NCBI GenBank assembly: GCA_963771175.1
Contig: CAVYSY010000011.1
Span: 32,001-96,000, forward strand
Reading direction: 5' to 3'
Source: an uncultured delta proteobacterium
GTDB taxonomy: Bacteria; Myxococcota; Myxococcia; Myxococcales; Myxococcaceae
Length of the DNA stretch: 64,000 bases
Part shown: positions 30,344 through 41,681 of the stretch, piece by piece
How positions within the stretch are numbered: the first letter of the stretch is position 1
How the letters are laid out: each line of letters starts with the position of its first letter
Made by a program: the position numbers and the translations under genes
Notes under the pieces: model-generated
Seen by the model: only the letters and a program-made list of their open reading frames with translations
What the model was told of the DNA's origin: nothing
The model's database searches: none

Positions 30344-31992
30344 GGCGAGAGGGGAATCCAGGGAGAGGCCGCTTCCAGCCGGCCGCTCTCCGCGTCCACC
30401 CGGACGAGCTGGGCGCCCTGCACGCCCACACGCCGGTTCACTCCGAACGTCACCGCGGGCGTCACGCCGGTGTCGAAATCCCGTAGCTCCTCCAACCGCA
30501 TCATCAGATCCGCGCGCGTCACGTCCGCACCCGAGCGCCGCAGCGCCTCCACCAGCACCTGGGAGGCCGCGTACGCGCCGAGCTGGAAGGCCACGTGGCG
30601 CGGGCGCAACTCGTGGCGCTGGAGGAAGGCGGAGAAGGTTCGCAGGTGGGCCTCGCGGCCATTCACCCCGGGAGGGTAGACGAAGAAGACGGGGAGGGTG
30701 CTGCCCTCCACCACCGAGGGCTCGGCCAGGCTGGCTGGGGCGTACACGCGTGTCTCCAGCTTCCAGGAGGCCAGCGTCCCCAGCAGCGACTTCAGCCCGG
30801 CGGGAGGGCCGGTATAAAGGAGGGCCGCGGGAGCCTTCTGGCGCAGGCGCTGGAGGGCCTCGGGCTCGGGAGCGCCGTCCACCAGCGGGATTTCCAGCGG
30901 CGAGGGCAGCTCGCGGCGCACGGCTTCCTCGCGTGCCGCACGGGCCCAGGCGAGGCCCCCGGTGTCCTCCGGCCTCACCACCACCAGGGGCCGGCGGCGC
31001 AGCTCCCGCGTCTCCTCGTCGGCGCGCGCGAGGTACTGCACCACCAGCCGCGCCTGCACGGGCTCCTCCGGGTAGAGGAAGAAGATGGGGCTGTCGTCAT
31101 CCCCGGCCCCCTGGCCCAGCGCGATGGGGAGCACCAGCGGAGCCCCCTCGCGCCGCAGGAGCGTGTCCGAGGCCGGCTCGCCCTTGCGCAGGCTGCCCAC
31201 CAGGGCGAACACGCCGCGCTTCAGCAACCGGGTGGTGGCGTCCGGGCCCACCCCGGTGGGCTCCGAGCCGTAGAGCGCCGAGTCGTCCTCCACCACCAGC
31301 TCCAGCCGGCGCCGGAAGATGCCTCCCTTCTCGTTCACCTCCGCGAAGGCCGCGCGCAGCACGGCTTCCACGTCCTGGCCTGCCTCGCCCAGCCGTCCTC
31401 CGAGCGGCAGCGCCGCGCCCACTGTGAGGGTGCTCGGCGTCAGGCCTGGATCCGGCGACTCACCCAGCTTCTCCAGGTAGGCGAGCAGCTCCTCGCGCTC
31501 CGCCTCTCCGAGCACGTAGCGCGGCATGGTCGTCCCCAGCCATCGGCCACTCGCGGAGATGCCCTCGGTGATGGCTCGCAGCAGGGTGGCGCGGTCATAG
31601 GCGGGGCGTGAGCGATCCTCCACGTCCAGGGCCGCGCGCGGGCGCGGATGGCGCAAGGAGCGGGGACTGATGTCCGGCACCTCCACGCCGCCCTCCTGGC
31701 CACCTCGGCCGGAAGGAGTGTGACAGCGCGCGCAGGCGGCCACGGGTCCGCTCAGCTCGATGCGCTCGGGCCCCAGCAGTCCCACCAGCGGCGCGCCACG
31801 AGCGCTCTCCCCTCGCTGGAAGAGCGAACGCCCCCGCTGGGCCAGTTCCGGCTCCACGGGAGCCGGGGCCGTCTCCTTGCGGCAGGCCGCCCCCACCACC
31901 ATCACCATCACCACCGCCATCCGGAGCCCCCACCCTCCGCCTCTCCCCGGCAGCGGGCCGGAGTGGGGGGAACCGTCACCGTGCTGCCTCAT
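30340..31992 (-). CDS. Cytochrome c domain fused to branched-chain-type periplasmic binding protein
   Basis: Lipobox-like GAAC, heme motif CARCH, MPRY, then GGIFRRRLELVVEDD (Leu/Ile/Val-binding-like fold). Confidence 0.8.
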   Translation of the reverse strand: MRQHGDGSPHSGPLPGRGGGWGLRMAVVMVMVVGAACRKETAPAPVEPELAQRGRSLFQRGESARGAPLVGLLGPERIELSGPVAACARCHTPSGRGGQEGGVEVPDISPRSLRHPRPRAALDVEDRSRPAYDRATLLRAITEGISASGRWLGTTMPRYVLGEAEREELLAYLEKLGESPDPGLTPSTLTVGAALPLGGRLGEAGQDVEAVLRAAFAEVNEKGGIFRRRLELVVEDDSALYGSEPTGVGPDATTRLLKRGVFALVGSLRKGEPASDTLLRREGAPLVLPIALGQGAGDDDSPIFFLYPEEPVQARLVVQYLARADEETRELRRRPLVVVRPEDTGGLAWARAAREEAVRRELPSPLEIPLVDGAPEPEALQRLRQKAPAALLYTGPPAGLKSLLGTLASWKLETRVYAPASLAEPSVVEGSTLPVFFVYPPGVNGREAHLRTFSAFLQRHELRPRHVAFQLGAYAASQVLVEALRRSGADVTRADLMMRLEELRDFDTGVTPAVTFGVNRRVGVQGAQLVRVDAESGRLEAASPWIPLSP

Positions 31993-32001
31993 GCGGACTC
32001 C

Positions 32002-33078
32002 CTACCGTGGATCATCGATGTGCTCGACGGCGTACACGATGTTGTCCGCGAAGGACATGGCGGGGGCCTTCACCCACGTGCCGGTGGCGGCATCGCCGAT
32101 GAGCAGGGTGGAGCTGTGGGAGTCGGGCACGTCCGTGTAGCCGCCGAGCTTCTTGAGGACGAGGGTGATGTTCTCTCGGGCCCCGGTGAGGAAGTACCAG
32201 CCGGGCCCGACGCCGAACTTCTTCGCGAAACGGGCCATCGTCTCCGGGGTGTCGTTGGCGGGGTCCACGGAGAGCGTAATCATCGTGATGTCCTTGCCCA
32301 CGCGGCCGCCGAGCTTCTTCTGGACCTCGGCGAGGTGCTTCGTCATGGGGGAGCACACGCCCTTGCAGGCGGTGAAGGCGAAGTTGATGAGGACCTTCCG
32401 GCCACGGATGAGGTCCTCGTAGAAGCGGTGCGTCTTGCCGTGCTGGTCGACGAGCTCGGTGTTGGTGAAGTAGCGGGCGGCGGCGGCGTCCTGGGCGGCG
32501 GGGGAGGAGACGTCCAGCTCGGCGGGAGGGGCGGTGGCGGCGCGTACCTCGCGGATGGCCTCGACAATGGAGGAGGCCGAGCCCAGTCCATCCACGCGCA
32601 GCCACTTGTCCGCGGTGGCGTTGCCGACGAGGACGAGGGGGCGGTGGGCCTCCTTGTCCGGGGTGTAGCCGCCGAGCGCCACCAGGGCCTGCTTCACCTG
32701 GTCCGGCTGGCCGGTGAGGAAGGACCAGCCGGGAGTGGGGTAGAAGGGCTCGGCGAAGCGGGCGAGGCGCTCGGGGGTGTCATTGGCGACGTCCAGGGTG
32801 ATGGAGATGAAGCGCACGGGGGTGCCGGGCCCCAGCTCCTTCTGCACGCGCGCCAGGGTGGCGGTCATGGGCGAGCAGATCGTCTTGCACCGGGTGAAGA
32901 TGAAGTTGATGGCCACCACCTGGCCGCGGACGAGGTCGGACCACAGGCGGACCTGGCGTCCGTTCTGATCCACCAGGGGGACGTCGGGCACCTGGACGCG
33001 GAGCTCCTCGGCGGACGCGGAGAGCGGCAGGGCGAGGAGGAGCAGCAGGGCGAGGGCTCGTGAGCACGGGTTCATCAT
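32002..33078 (-). CDS. Double SCO1/SenC-domain copper chaperone
   Basis: Two repeats LVDQxG...FIFTRCKTIC / FAFTACKGVC...DxxNDTPE...GWxFLTG...H. Confidence 0.92.
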   Translation of the reverse strand: MMNPCSRALALLLLLALPLSASAEELRVQVPDVPLVDQNGRQVRLWSDLVRGQVVAINFIFTRCKTICSPMTATLARVQKELGPGTPVRFISITLDVANDTPERLARFAEPFYPTPGWSFLTGQPDQVKQALVALGGYTPDKEAHRPLVLVGNATADKWLRVDGLGSASSIVEAIREVRAATAPPAELDVSSPAAQDAAAARYFTNTELVDQHGKTHRFYEDLIRGRKVLINFAFTACKGVCSPMTKHLAEVQKKLGGRVGKDITMITLSVDPANDTPETMARFAKKFGVGPGWYFLTGARENITLVLKKLGGYTDVPDSHSSTLLIGDAATGTWVKAPAMSFADNIVYAVEHIDDPR

Positions 33079-35067
33079 CGGGTGGCCTCGGAAGGGGAGG
33101 AGGCGGCCAGCGCGGGCTGGACGCCGAGGGTGAAGTGGGGAAGCTCGCCGAGCGCCGCGCCGCGGCCCTCCACGCCCACGAGGAGTTGGTACTGGCCGGG
33201 CTCGGGTGGGGAGACCTCAATCTCGAAGAGCCCGTCCTCCACGAGTCGGGGCGTGGGGCGCTGCAACCAGTGGCCCGAGGGCGGGCGGAACATCAGCACC
33301 TGCACCTCCTCGGGTCGCACCGGGCTCGGGTCCGCCACGTGCGCGGCGGGCGCCAGCTTGAAGCGCAGCGTGACCGGGGTGCCGGCGGTGAGGGGCTTGG
33401 AGGGGTCGAACTCGGGGGTGAGGGTGAGGGGCAGCTTGCGGAAGGCGGAGGCGTCCTCGGGCACTCCCGCGCACGTCCCACTCCAGGCACGCCACGGCGC
33501 GTGGGTTGTCCAGGAGGAAGAACACGTCGTGGAGGCCGTTCTCTCGCACCACCGTCTCGGTGGTGAAGACACCGGGCTCCACCTCGCGCAGCGAGCGATC
33601 CAACACCAGCACGGCCTTGGGCTCGCGGCCATAGTTCAGGTGGGTGCCGCGCGGCGCCATCATGCCCTCGCTATAAAGGAAGAGGGCGCGATCCGCGGTG
33701 CCGGCGACGATGACGCTGTTGCCCTCGGGCATCACCGCGATGGGGGCCGAGCGGCCCAGATCCTTCGCCAGGGAGGGCCGCTTCTGGCCCATGGTCACCT
33801 GGACGATGGAGGGCTTGCCGGCCTTCTCCAGCGAGGCCAGCTCGATGAGCGAGACGCGGGCGTCCTCCGTGTTGCGCACGTAGGCGAAGCCGCTGGTGAA
33901 GACGATGGAATCCGGCGCGGAGAAGCCGGTGAGGGTGTGGGCCACCTGACTGGAGGCGGCGTCGAGCACGTCCACGCGGTTGGCGCGCGGGTAGACGACG
34001 AAGGCCCAGCGGCCGGAGTCGTCGAAGCGCAGCTCGCCGGGAGCGGGGGCCAGGGGGATGCGGCGGGTCACCTCGCGGCGAGCGGCGTCCACCACCAGCG
34101 CCTCGCCGGTACGCTCCTGCACGGCGTAGAGGGCCCGGGCCACCTCGCTGTAGGCGATGGCGCCCACCCCGTTGCCCACCTCCACGCGGCCGAGCTCCTC
34201 GAGCGTGGCCGTGTCCACCGCCACCAGCTCTTCGCCCTCGGTGCTGGAGACCCACGCGGTCCGTCCCCCGTCACCGAAGGCGAAGGCGTGCCTGCCTTCG
34301 CCCAGCTCGAGCGTGCGCAGCACCGCGTACGTGCCGGTGTCGATGATGGAGACGGTGCCGTCTCCCTCGTTGTCCACCCAGACGGTGCGCCCGTCCGGAC
34401 TGACGGCCAGTCGTCCCGGGTCCTTTCCCACGCGCACGTTGCGCACCACCACGAAGCGGCGCAGGTCCACCACCGACACCGTGCCGTGCACGGGGATGGA
34501 GACGAAGAGCGCCTTCATGTCCGGCGGCAGCGCCCAGTCCGCGGGCGCGCCTCCCAGCGACACCAGGTTCTGCAGCTTGGTGCGGTTCAGGGCGATCTGC
34601 GGATCAATCACCGACAACGTGTGGTCGCCGTTGAGGGTGAGGAGGAAATAGGAGTTGAGGTTCGCATCGGCCCGGGCCGACAGCAGGCCGCCCAGGTACG
34701 TCTGGATGCGCTCCTTGCAGGCAGCCTCGTCCGGCGCGGGCTGGCCTTCCGCCCGCCGGGTGAGCCACGCGAGGGGACGGACGCCACGCATCGGCTCGCC
34801 GGTGCGGGGATCCTTCAGTGTGAAGCGCGCGGTCCCCTCCAGCGGAGAGCCGCGGGCGGCATCCGGTGTGCGGGCGCGCAACGACAGGTCGAAGCTCACG
34901 GCCGCCTCCGGACGGGTCACCGTCACGGACGGTTGCGCGGGCAGGGCCACGGGCTCGGGAGGTGGGGCGGAGGGGAGCGGCCGGGGGCCCCTGGCCCACA
35001 ACGCTCCCACGGTGGCGAGGAGCCCCGCGAGCACGACGCCCGAGACGAGGAGGATGCGCTTTCTCAT
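33075..35067 (-). CDS. YncE/cytochrome-d1-like beta-propeller protein with C-terminal Ig-like domain; frameshift near 33475
   Basis: Repeats such as VSVVDL, LAVSPDGRTVWV, VSIIDT, VDVLD; N-terminal signal/TM segment. Confidence 0.8.
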
Positions 35068-35142
35068 GAGGAGGATGGATTCCGTAACGGGAGAGGGCGG
35101 CGCGGGCGGTGAGGGGCCCGCGCCGCCCTCGAGTTGAAGAGA

Positions 35143-38100
35143 CTACTCCACGCGCAGCACGCCCCAGAGGCCGCCGCCGCTCCACTGGAAGCTGGTCAGG
35201 TCGCGGTAGAGGTAGTCACCCGGGGCCCTGGCGAGGCCGCCTGCCCCGTACTCGGGGACGAAGTTCCAGGACTGCATGACGGACATGCCGCCCTGGGTGG
35301 CGATGACGAACGAGCCGGGGTTGGGGCCCATGCGCTGGGAGTTGGTGCCCGCGGCCCACGGGTTGGCGTACCACTCGGCCCCGTGGAGCGCGAAGGCGTG
35401 CTGGCGCCCGTGGCCCGAGGGCTGGCCCACGCGCACCCGGAGCGCCTCGCCCGCTTTCGCGGTGAACAGGGGCGTGGCCGGCTCCCCGTACATCGTGGAG
35501 CTGAGGATGTCGCCCAGCTCCATGTCGTTGATGTCCTCGGGAGCCGTCTGCGGGGGCACGCCCAGGCGGGCCCAGAGGGGCTCGGTGCGGTAGTTGAACC
35601 CCTTCAGGCCGGTGTCCTGGGAGTCATCCACGCCCTTGATGTTGCGCAGGGCGGTGCCGCTGTTGAGCCCATCCGTGTCCCAGAACCGCGAGTTGTCCGA
35701 GTGCAGTCCGAGGTCATCCTGGAGGAGCAGGACGAGCTCCCGGAACGTCTGCGTCTGCTTGGCCACGTCCGTGTACTGCACGCGGGCCTGCGCCTCGGTG
35801 CCCGGGTCCGTGCTCCAGATGGCGTCGGGCGGCTCGATGATGAGCGCGCCGATGCCGCCGTGCATGCCGTGGTTCACCACGTCCGCCATGTTGCGCAGGT
35901 TGACGATGCCGAACTCCACCGGCGTGGCGATGCCGCGGCGGAGCGGCGACGACCAGACGGAGCTGCGGAAGTCACCCGTGTACCAGCGGTAGACGCGCCT
36001 GCCTCCAGGTGACACCGTCTGCGGAGCGTTGAGGCCCACGTTGGCGCCGTCGTCCGTGTTCACGTCGTAGTGGACGAGCTGCGGGTGCAGCGAGACGTGG
36101 TTGGAGGGCGTCACCTGGTTGACGTTGAAGTACGGGGTGATGGCCGAGTGGTGGGCCCACTGCGGCGTCTTCGAGAGCTTGAGGGGCAGGCGGTTGGTGA
36201 GCACCACCTGGACGCACTCGCCGGCACGGGCCCGGAGGATGAGCGGCTCGGGCTTGCGCGCTCCGCTCTTGATGTCCGCCAGGTGCTCGTCCTTCACGAA
36301 GAGGATGGCATCCGGGTCGTAGATGTCATGCGTGTCGTTGTAGACGAGCCGGCCTCCCGGCAGCCAGTTGGCCGCGTCGATGGCGGACACCCGGTAGTAG
36401 GCGCACCACGCTGCCGCGCGGGCACGAGTCCACGTACGCGGGCTTGATGCCGAACCACCCCAGCTTCTCCGCCTCCTCGACCAGATGTCGGGTCGAGCTG
36501 GCGCATCTGCTCGGGGTACGTCATGGCGTACTCCAGCGTGCGCTGCTCGAGCTGGCTCGCCCTTCTCGTCCACCTCGAACGAGGGCTGGAGCGTCTCCTC
36601 CTTGAGCGGATCCAGCTTCACGAGCACGGACTCCTCCGGCATCTCCAGCAGGGGGAGCGGCTCCCAGGCGCGCAGCTTCTCCTTGTAGGAGAGGGCGGCG
36701 GGGTCCAGCGTGACGAAGTCCGCCGCTTGCAGCGCCAGGTGGCCCAGCGTCTTCAGGTTGGTCTGACGCTTCTTGTACGTGCGCATCAGGCCCCACATGC
36801 CGTTCCACAGGTCGCCGCTGACGGCGCTCTGGTACATGAAGTCGGCCGTCCCGTACGCGCCGCCGATGGGGGGCAGACCGTTGGTCAGGTTGAACTCGAA
36901 GTGCTCGGAGATGCCGATGGCCTGCGCGTTGAAGTAGCCGCTGTGCGGATCGGCCCCCTCGCGCAGCCACTTGTGCCCGTGCATGGTGAAGGAGTGCTGC
37001 TCCTCCTGCGAGCCCTGGATGAGGCGGATCTTCACCTTGTCACCCTCGTAGCCGCGCAGCAGCGGGGTGTACGGGATCTCCGTGAATGTCCGAGCGGAAG
37101 ACGTTGGCCATGTTGCCGCGCGAGCCCGTGCGTTGCTCGTAGTTGGCGCAGCGCGAGGGCCGCTGGCCGATGCGCAGCGGGATCGGGCTCGTTGCGGTAG
37201 TTGACCATCATGGCGCCGGGGTCCGCGGCGCTGATGGCCTCGGGCATGGGCACCGTCCTGAACTCCACCGCCCAGGGGAGCGCGGTCTCCTTGTAGTTGG
37301 GCGGGTTCACCGGCTGGCCACACTCGTCGTAGGCGATGGCGTAGTCACGCGAAGGCGAGCGCGAACTCGCGGAAGCTGTTGGCGGGATCCTGTGGTGAGG
37401 ATGTCCGCCCGCCAGCTCGTGGGGCCGCCGTCGCTCAGTCGAGTGCCGTAGACGACGCCCGTCTGCGGATCCCTCCACTGCGAGCCCTTGGGCTCCACGA
37501 TGAGGCCACCGTAGAAGCCGTGCTGCTGGTGGCTGGAGGGGCCGAAGTGATCGTGCGTGAAGACGGTCTCCACGGGGCGCTGCTTGCCCGAGGCGTCCTC
37601 GAGCGGGTCCGCCCACCAGCGCTGGGTGGTGGTCTGCGCGCCCAGCGCGCCCAGGCGTGAGTGCATCTTCGCCGTCAGTTGCGTTCGCGCCCCACCGGGC
37701 TCCACCGTGCCGTCGGCCACATAGGCGCCGCCCGCGACGTTGATCGGTCGATGCGGTGCATCACGTCCTGGAGGCGAAGGTGCCGTCCTCGTAGTTCCAC
37801 CCGTTGCCCGCGCCGTCCGACGGCCGTCACGTCGAACTTCACCAGGTGGATGTGCTGACCGATGGTGTCCGTGGGCGTGTAGATCTGGAAGTCGTCCGCC
37901 TCCAGGTGACTGGGGATGAGGTTGGTGGGGTAGAAGTTGATGCACTCGCCGGACTCGGCCCGGAAGAAGAAGGGCTCCGGCGGTCGGGCACCGCTCTGGG
38001 TGGCGGCTACGTCGCCGTTGAGCACCATGAGGCGCGCCTGCCGGTCGTGCCAGCCGGCCCGGTTGATGTTCTGCAGGTCGATCTGCAGGTAGGCGGCGCG

Positions 38101-40470
38101 GTAGTCACGCCGGGGGGCGGACTCGGGCAGGGGTCCGCGAAGGGTGCTCCCGGCACCGGCTTGCGACCGTTGACGTAGAAGGACCCCGACGCGCCCGGGC
38201 CGTGTAGCCCGGGTAGGCCGCCACGATGTCGCTCGTGTAGAAGGGCCGTGGTCCGAAGCTGGCGCCGGGGAACTCTCCCGCGTGGAAGGACATGGCGTTC
38301 TTCTCCGTGGGCGTGCCGTCCTGGGGGAGCAGCTTCACGTCCAGCGCGTGGTGCTCCACGGCGAAGCGCTTGCCGGGCTGTCCGTACGTGGAGGGGCCGA
38401 TGGCACTGGTGACGATGTGACGCGGCAGTCCGCCGTCCTCCTCGAGGTCCAACGGAGGCTGGGGCGGACGGTGGCCCGCCTTGCCCGCGACGTAGAAGGG
38501 GAAGCCCGGGAAGGCGGGCCGCAGCACCTTGTTGCCGGCCCCGTCCGTCACGTACGTGTCCGCGTAGGAGGGCATGGGCGGCATGGCCCGGTCCGGAATG
38601 GGGAGCACGGCGGGGTTGGGCGTGCCGCCGGCGATCTCCGCGTCCGGCAGGAGGCGATCCTTCGTGCCGGCCTCGAAGACGTCATGCACGCGCCACAGCG
38701 CCCACATGCCCTGGGCGAAGTGCGGGTAGAGGTGGCAGTGGTGGATGGAGTCGCCCGGGGTGAGGTTGCGGTTGCCGGAGCCTCCGAAGTTGATGTCGTA
38801 GGTGAAGGCCGAGCCCGGGCCGATCGTCTGCGAGTCCAGGTAGTTGGAGTTGTCCTCGCTCGGGGAGAACTTCCACTGGTGGGCGTGGAGGTGGAAGACG
38901 TGCGTCTCGGCTTCGGACCCGCGTGGATGTTGCGGATGCGGACCGGATCCCCCAGGTAGCTGTGGTGCACGTTGGATGGATCATCCGGGTAGAGCGCGCG
39001 CACGGCCTTGCCCGACCAGTCCTTCTCCACGTTGAGGGCGGGGTCTCCATTGGCCCAGGACTCGAGGAAGAACTCCTCGTACATGCAGTCCGCGCAGTCC
39101 TTGGTGGGGCCGATCTTCGCCCGGTTGGCGAGCAGCTCCGCGCCCACGCCGGCCACGCCGTAGTTCACTCCGAAGCCGTCTCGCACTCCGTGGAAGGTGG
39201 GGTTCCACTCCAGCTCGTCGAAGGCTTGAACCGCCTTGATCTGATCATGGTAGATGGCGGTGATCTCCCGGAAGTGACCCTGGTCCTTCGAGGTGAAGGT
39301 GCCCACGCTGGTGCGGGAGTAGCCGGTGATGACGGCCTCCAGGTCCCCGTGCCAGATCTCGTTGCTCTTCGTGTCGAGGATGTTCAGCAGGGGCCGGCCG
39401 TTGGCGTCCCGGGTCTCGTAGTCGATGAGCGGGGTGCCATCCGGATTGTACAGGCGGGTGCCCTGGGCATCCCTCAGGGTGGCGGCCTTCAACACCGAGG
39501 CGGAGACCTTGGAGCGGTACCAGCTCGAGCCCTCGGGCTCCACGTTGACGGCGCCGAAGAGGCCCTGGGCGGTGGAGCCGCCATCGCCCTGGCCACCGAA
39601 GGATGCGCCCATGCTGTACATGAAGAAGGCGCCTTCATGGTCCGCATAGAAGGTGTACGTGTGGCTGTCACCGGGCTTGACGAGCGAGCTGGGGTTCTTG
39701 CCCACGTAGGCGCCGTCATCCGAGATGCTCACGTACTGCAGGCCCTGCACATGCACCGAGGCCCGGCGGGTATAGGGCGAGTCGTCCTTGTGGGTGGAGT
39801 CGAACTCCTTCTCCTGCCCCTCGAAGAACCAGAGCCCTCCCATCGCCTTGCCCTCCAGCATCGAGGCCACCGGGTTCCACGAGGCGGTGAGCAGCCAGGT
39901 GGGCAGCACCTTGCGCAGCACCGAGAACCCCGAGGAGGGATCATTCACCTGATCGACGGTGGGCTGGGACTCGTGCGGGCTGGGGATGTTCGCGCGCGTG
40001 GGTGCCAGCCAGTTGGTGAAGTGGATCTGCAGGCAGTCACCCACGTTGGCGCGCAGTGCGAGCGGGCGCGGGCGCTTGTCCAACCGGAGCCTCGCGTTGC
40101 CCGGACCGGCGGGCTTCGAGGCGTCGATGGGCTCCACGTCCCGCTGCAGGGCGTAGATCATCCCCGTGGGGTTGTACGAGCCGTACCGGTTGTAGGTGTA
40201 CACCTGATCCATCGCCACCACGTTGGCGGTGATGGTGCGCTTGCACTCCACCGCCATGCCGGCCTGGATGGATGGCTCCACCAGGGGCATCTCCTGGGAG
40301 GCCACCTTCTGGGCGCCCTGGGTGCCGCTCTGGGACTGCGTCCGTGCTTCGCCTCCGGGGTTGTTGCCTCCGTTCTGGCAGGCCATCGCCGAGGCGAGCA
40401 CCGCCGTCAGCACCATCCGGGACGGGCCTCCCGATGGTCTCGCTCTCTCCTGTCTTGCTCGTACTGACAC
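35143..40470 (-). CDS. mnxG: Large MnxG-type multicopper oxidase (putative Mn(II) oxidase), many apparent frameshifts
   Basis: Across frames: HVFHLHAHQW, HCHLYPHFAQGMW, IGQHIHLVKFD, FTHDHFGPSSHQQHG, HSFTMHGHKW, EPFFFRA/EPLILRA; lipobox-like AMAC; about 5.3 kb. Confidence 0.82.
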
Positions 40471-40500
40471 GGTTCCCTCACTCCATGGACTGGATGTCTG

Positions 40501-40545
40501 TCATTCCTGAGAGGATTTTCAGGCTGAGAAACCTCTCAGGAATGA
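40501..40545. promoter_or_regulatory. 14-bp perfect inverted repeat upstream of the mnxG-like gene
   Basis: TCATTCCTGAGAGG (40501-14) and CCTCTCAGGAATGA (40532-45). Confidence 0.55.
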
Positions 40546-40729
40546 GTCCTTCTCGAGAACGCACGCCCAGGGCTTTCCCTGAATGAGCCTGCTTTCTGGA
40601 ATCCAATAGGAGGCAGGCGAGTGTAAAAGTAAACTCACTTCGTAACCTCGCGAACTCACGAGGGGAATCCTCGGAGGCGGGGCCGTGTCTGAGAATTCTC
40701 TGAGGATTCGGGGGGCTGGGGACGCGTGG

Positions 40730-41555
40730 CTACGGCCTGGGCCCGGGCAATATCTCCCGCAGGCAGCTTCGAGATGTCCCCGCGCCAACTCCACTGCTTC
40801 GGGTAGCCGAGCGACACCTCCTCGAAGCGCACCCCGTCGCGCCACAGCGTGGCGGGCATGTGCAGGTGGCCGGAGACGACGACCTCGGCCCGGAAGCGCA
40901 GGTGCCAGTCCTCCGTCTTCTTCGTGCCGCACCAGATGGAGAAGCGGGGGATGCGCGGCAGGCGCACGTGCTCGTAGCGCAGCGGGAAGTGGTTGATGAG
41001 GATGGTGGAGCAGTCCGTCGGCAGGGCCTCCAGGCGAGCGAGCGTCTGCTCCACCCGCGCGGCGCACCAGGCGGCCCGGGTCGGGTAGGGGTCCGGATGG
41101 AGCACGGCCTCGTCGGTGCACAGCACGTGCGTCTCCAGGGCCCAGTCGAGGGCGTCCTGCTCGGCGACGTGGTCCGGGCGGAAGGAGTAGTCGTAGAGCA
41201 GGAAGAGGGGCACCAGCACCCGGTGCGGGCCCTCGCCCGGCCAGCGCGGATAGGGGTCCTCCGGGGTGAGCACGCCGTAGGAGCGACACTGGGCGACGAC
41301 CTGCTGGTAGAGGGCCTCGCCGCGCGGGGCGGACTTCTCACGCGTCAGCGTCCACAGCTCGTGGTTGCCGGGTACCCACACCACCTGACGGAAGCGCGTC
41401 GTCAGCGTGCGCCACGCGAAGTCCAGGTCCTCCCGCGTCTCGCCCACGTCCCCCGCCACGATGAGCCAGTCCTCGGGGTGAGGGGCGAGCGACTCGAGCG
41501 CCCGTCGGTTGTGCTCGTAGCGCAGGTGAAGGTCACTGAGGGCGTAGAGCTTCAT
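40730..41555 (-). CDS. Calcineurin-like metallophosphoesterase resembling PptH (Rv2795c) family; C-terminal end uncertain (40730 or 40656)
   Basis: SDLH, AGDVGE, PGNHELWT, TPEDPYP, LYDYSFRP, CTDE..LHPDPY, GHLH, DGVRFEEVSLGYP. Confidence 0.85.
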
Positions 41556-41681
41556 GGTGGGGTGGGGGCGAGAACCGTCCACACTACTGGACTCCTGGGC
41601 CGCTCCGCCGTTTCTCGGGACCGCGCTTTCCCTCCGAGCGCCGTCAGGGCACCATGGGGGAACATCGGTTCAGTCGTCCGT

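Noticed and set aside
40860..41681. N-terminal extension of the 1346-aa helicase ORF
   Set aside because: Antisense to the metallophosphoesterase; real start is probably 41682 or later.
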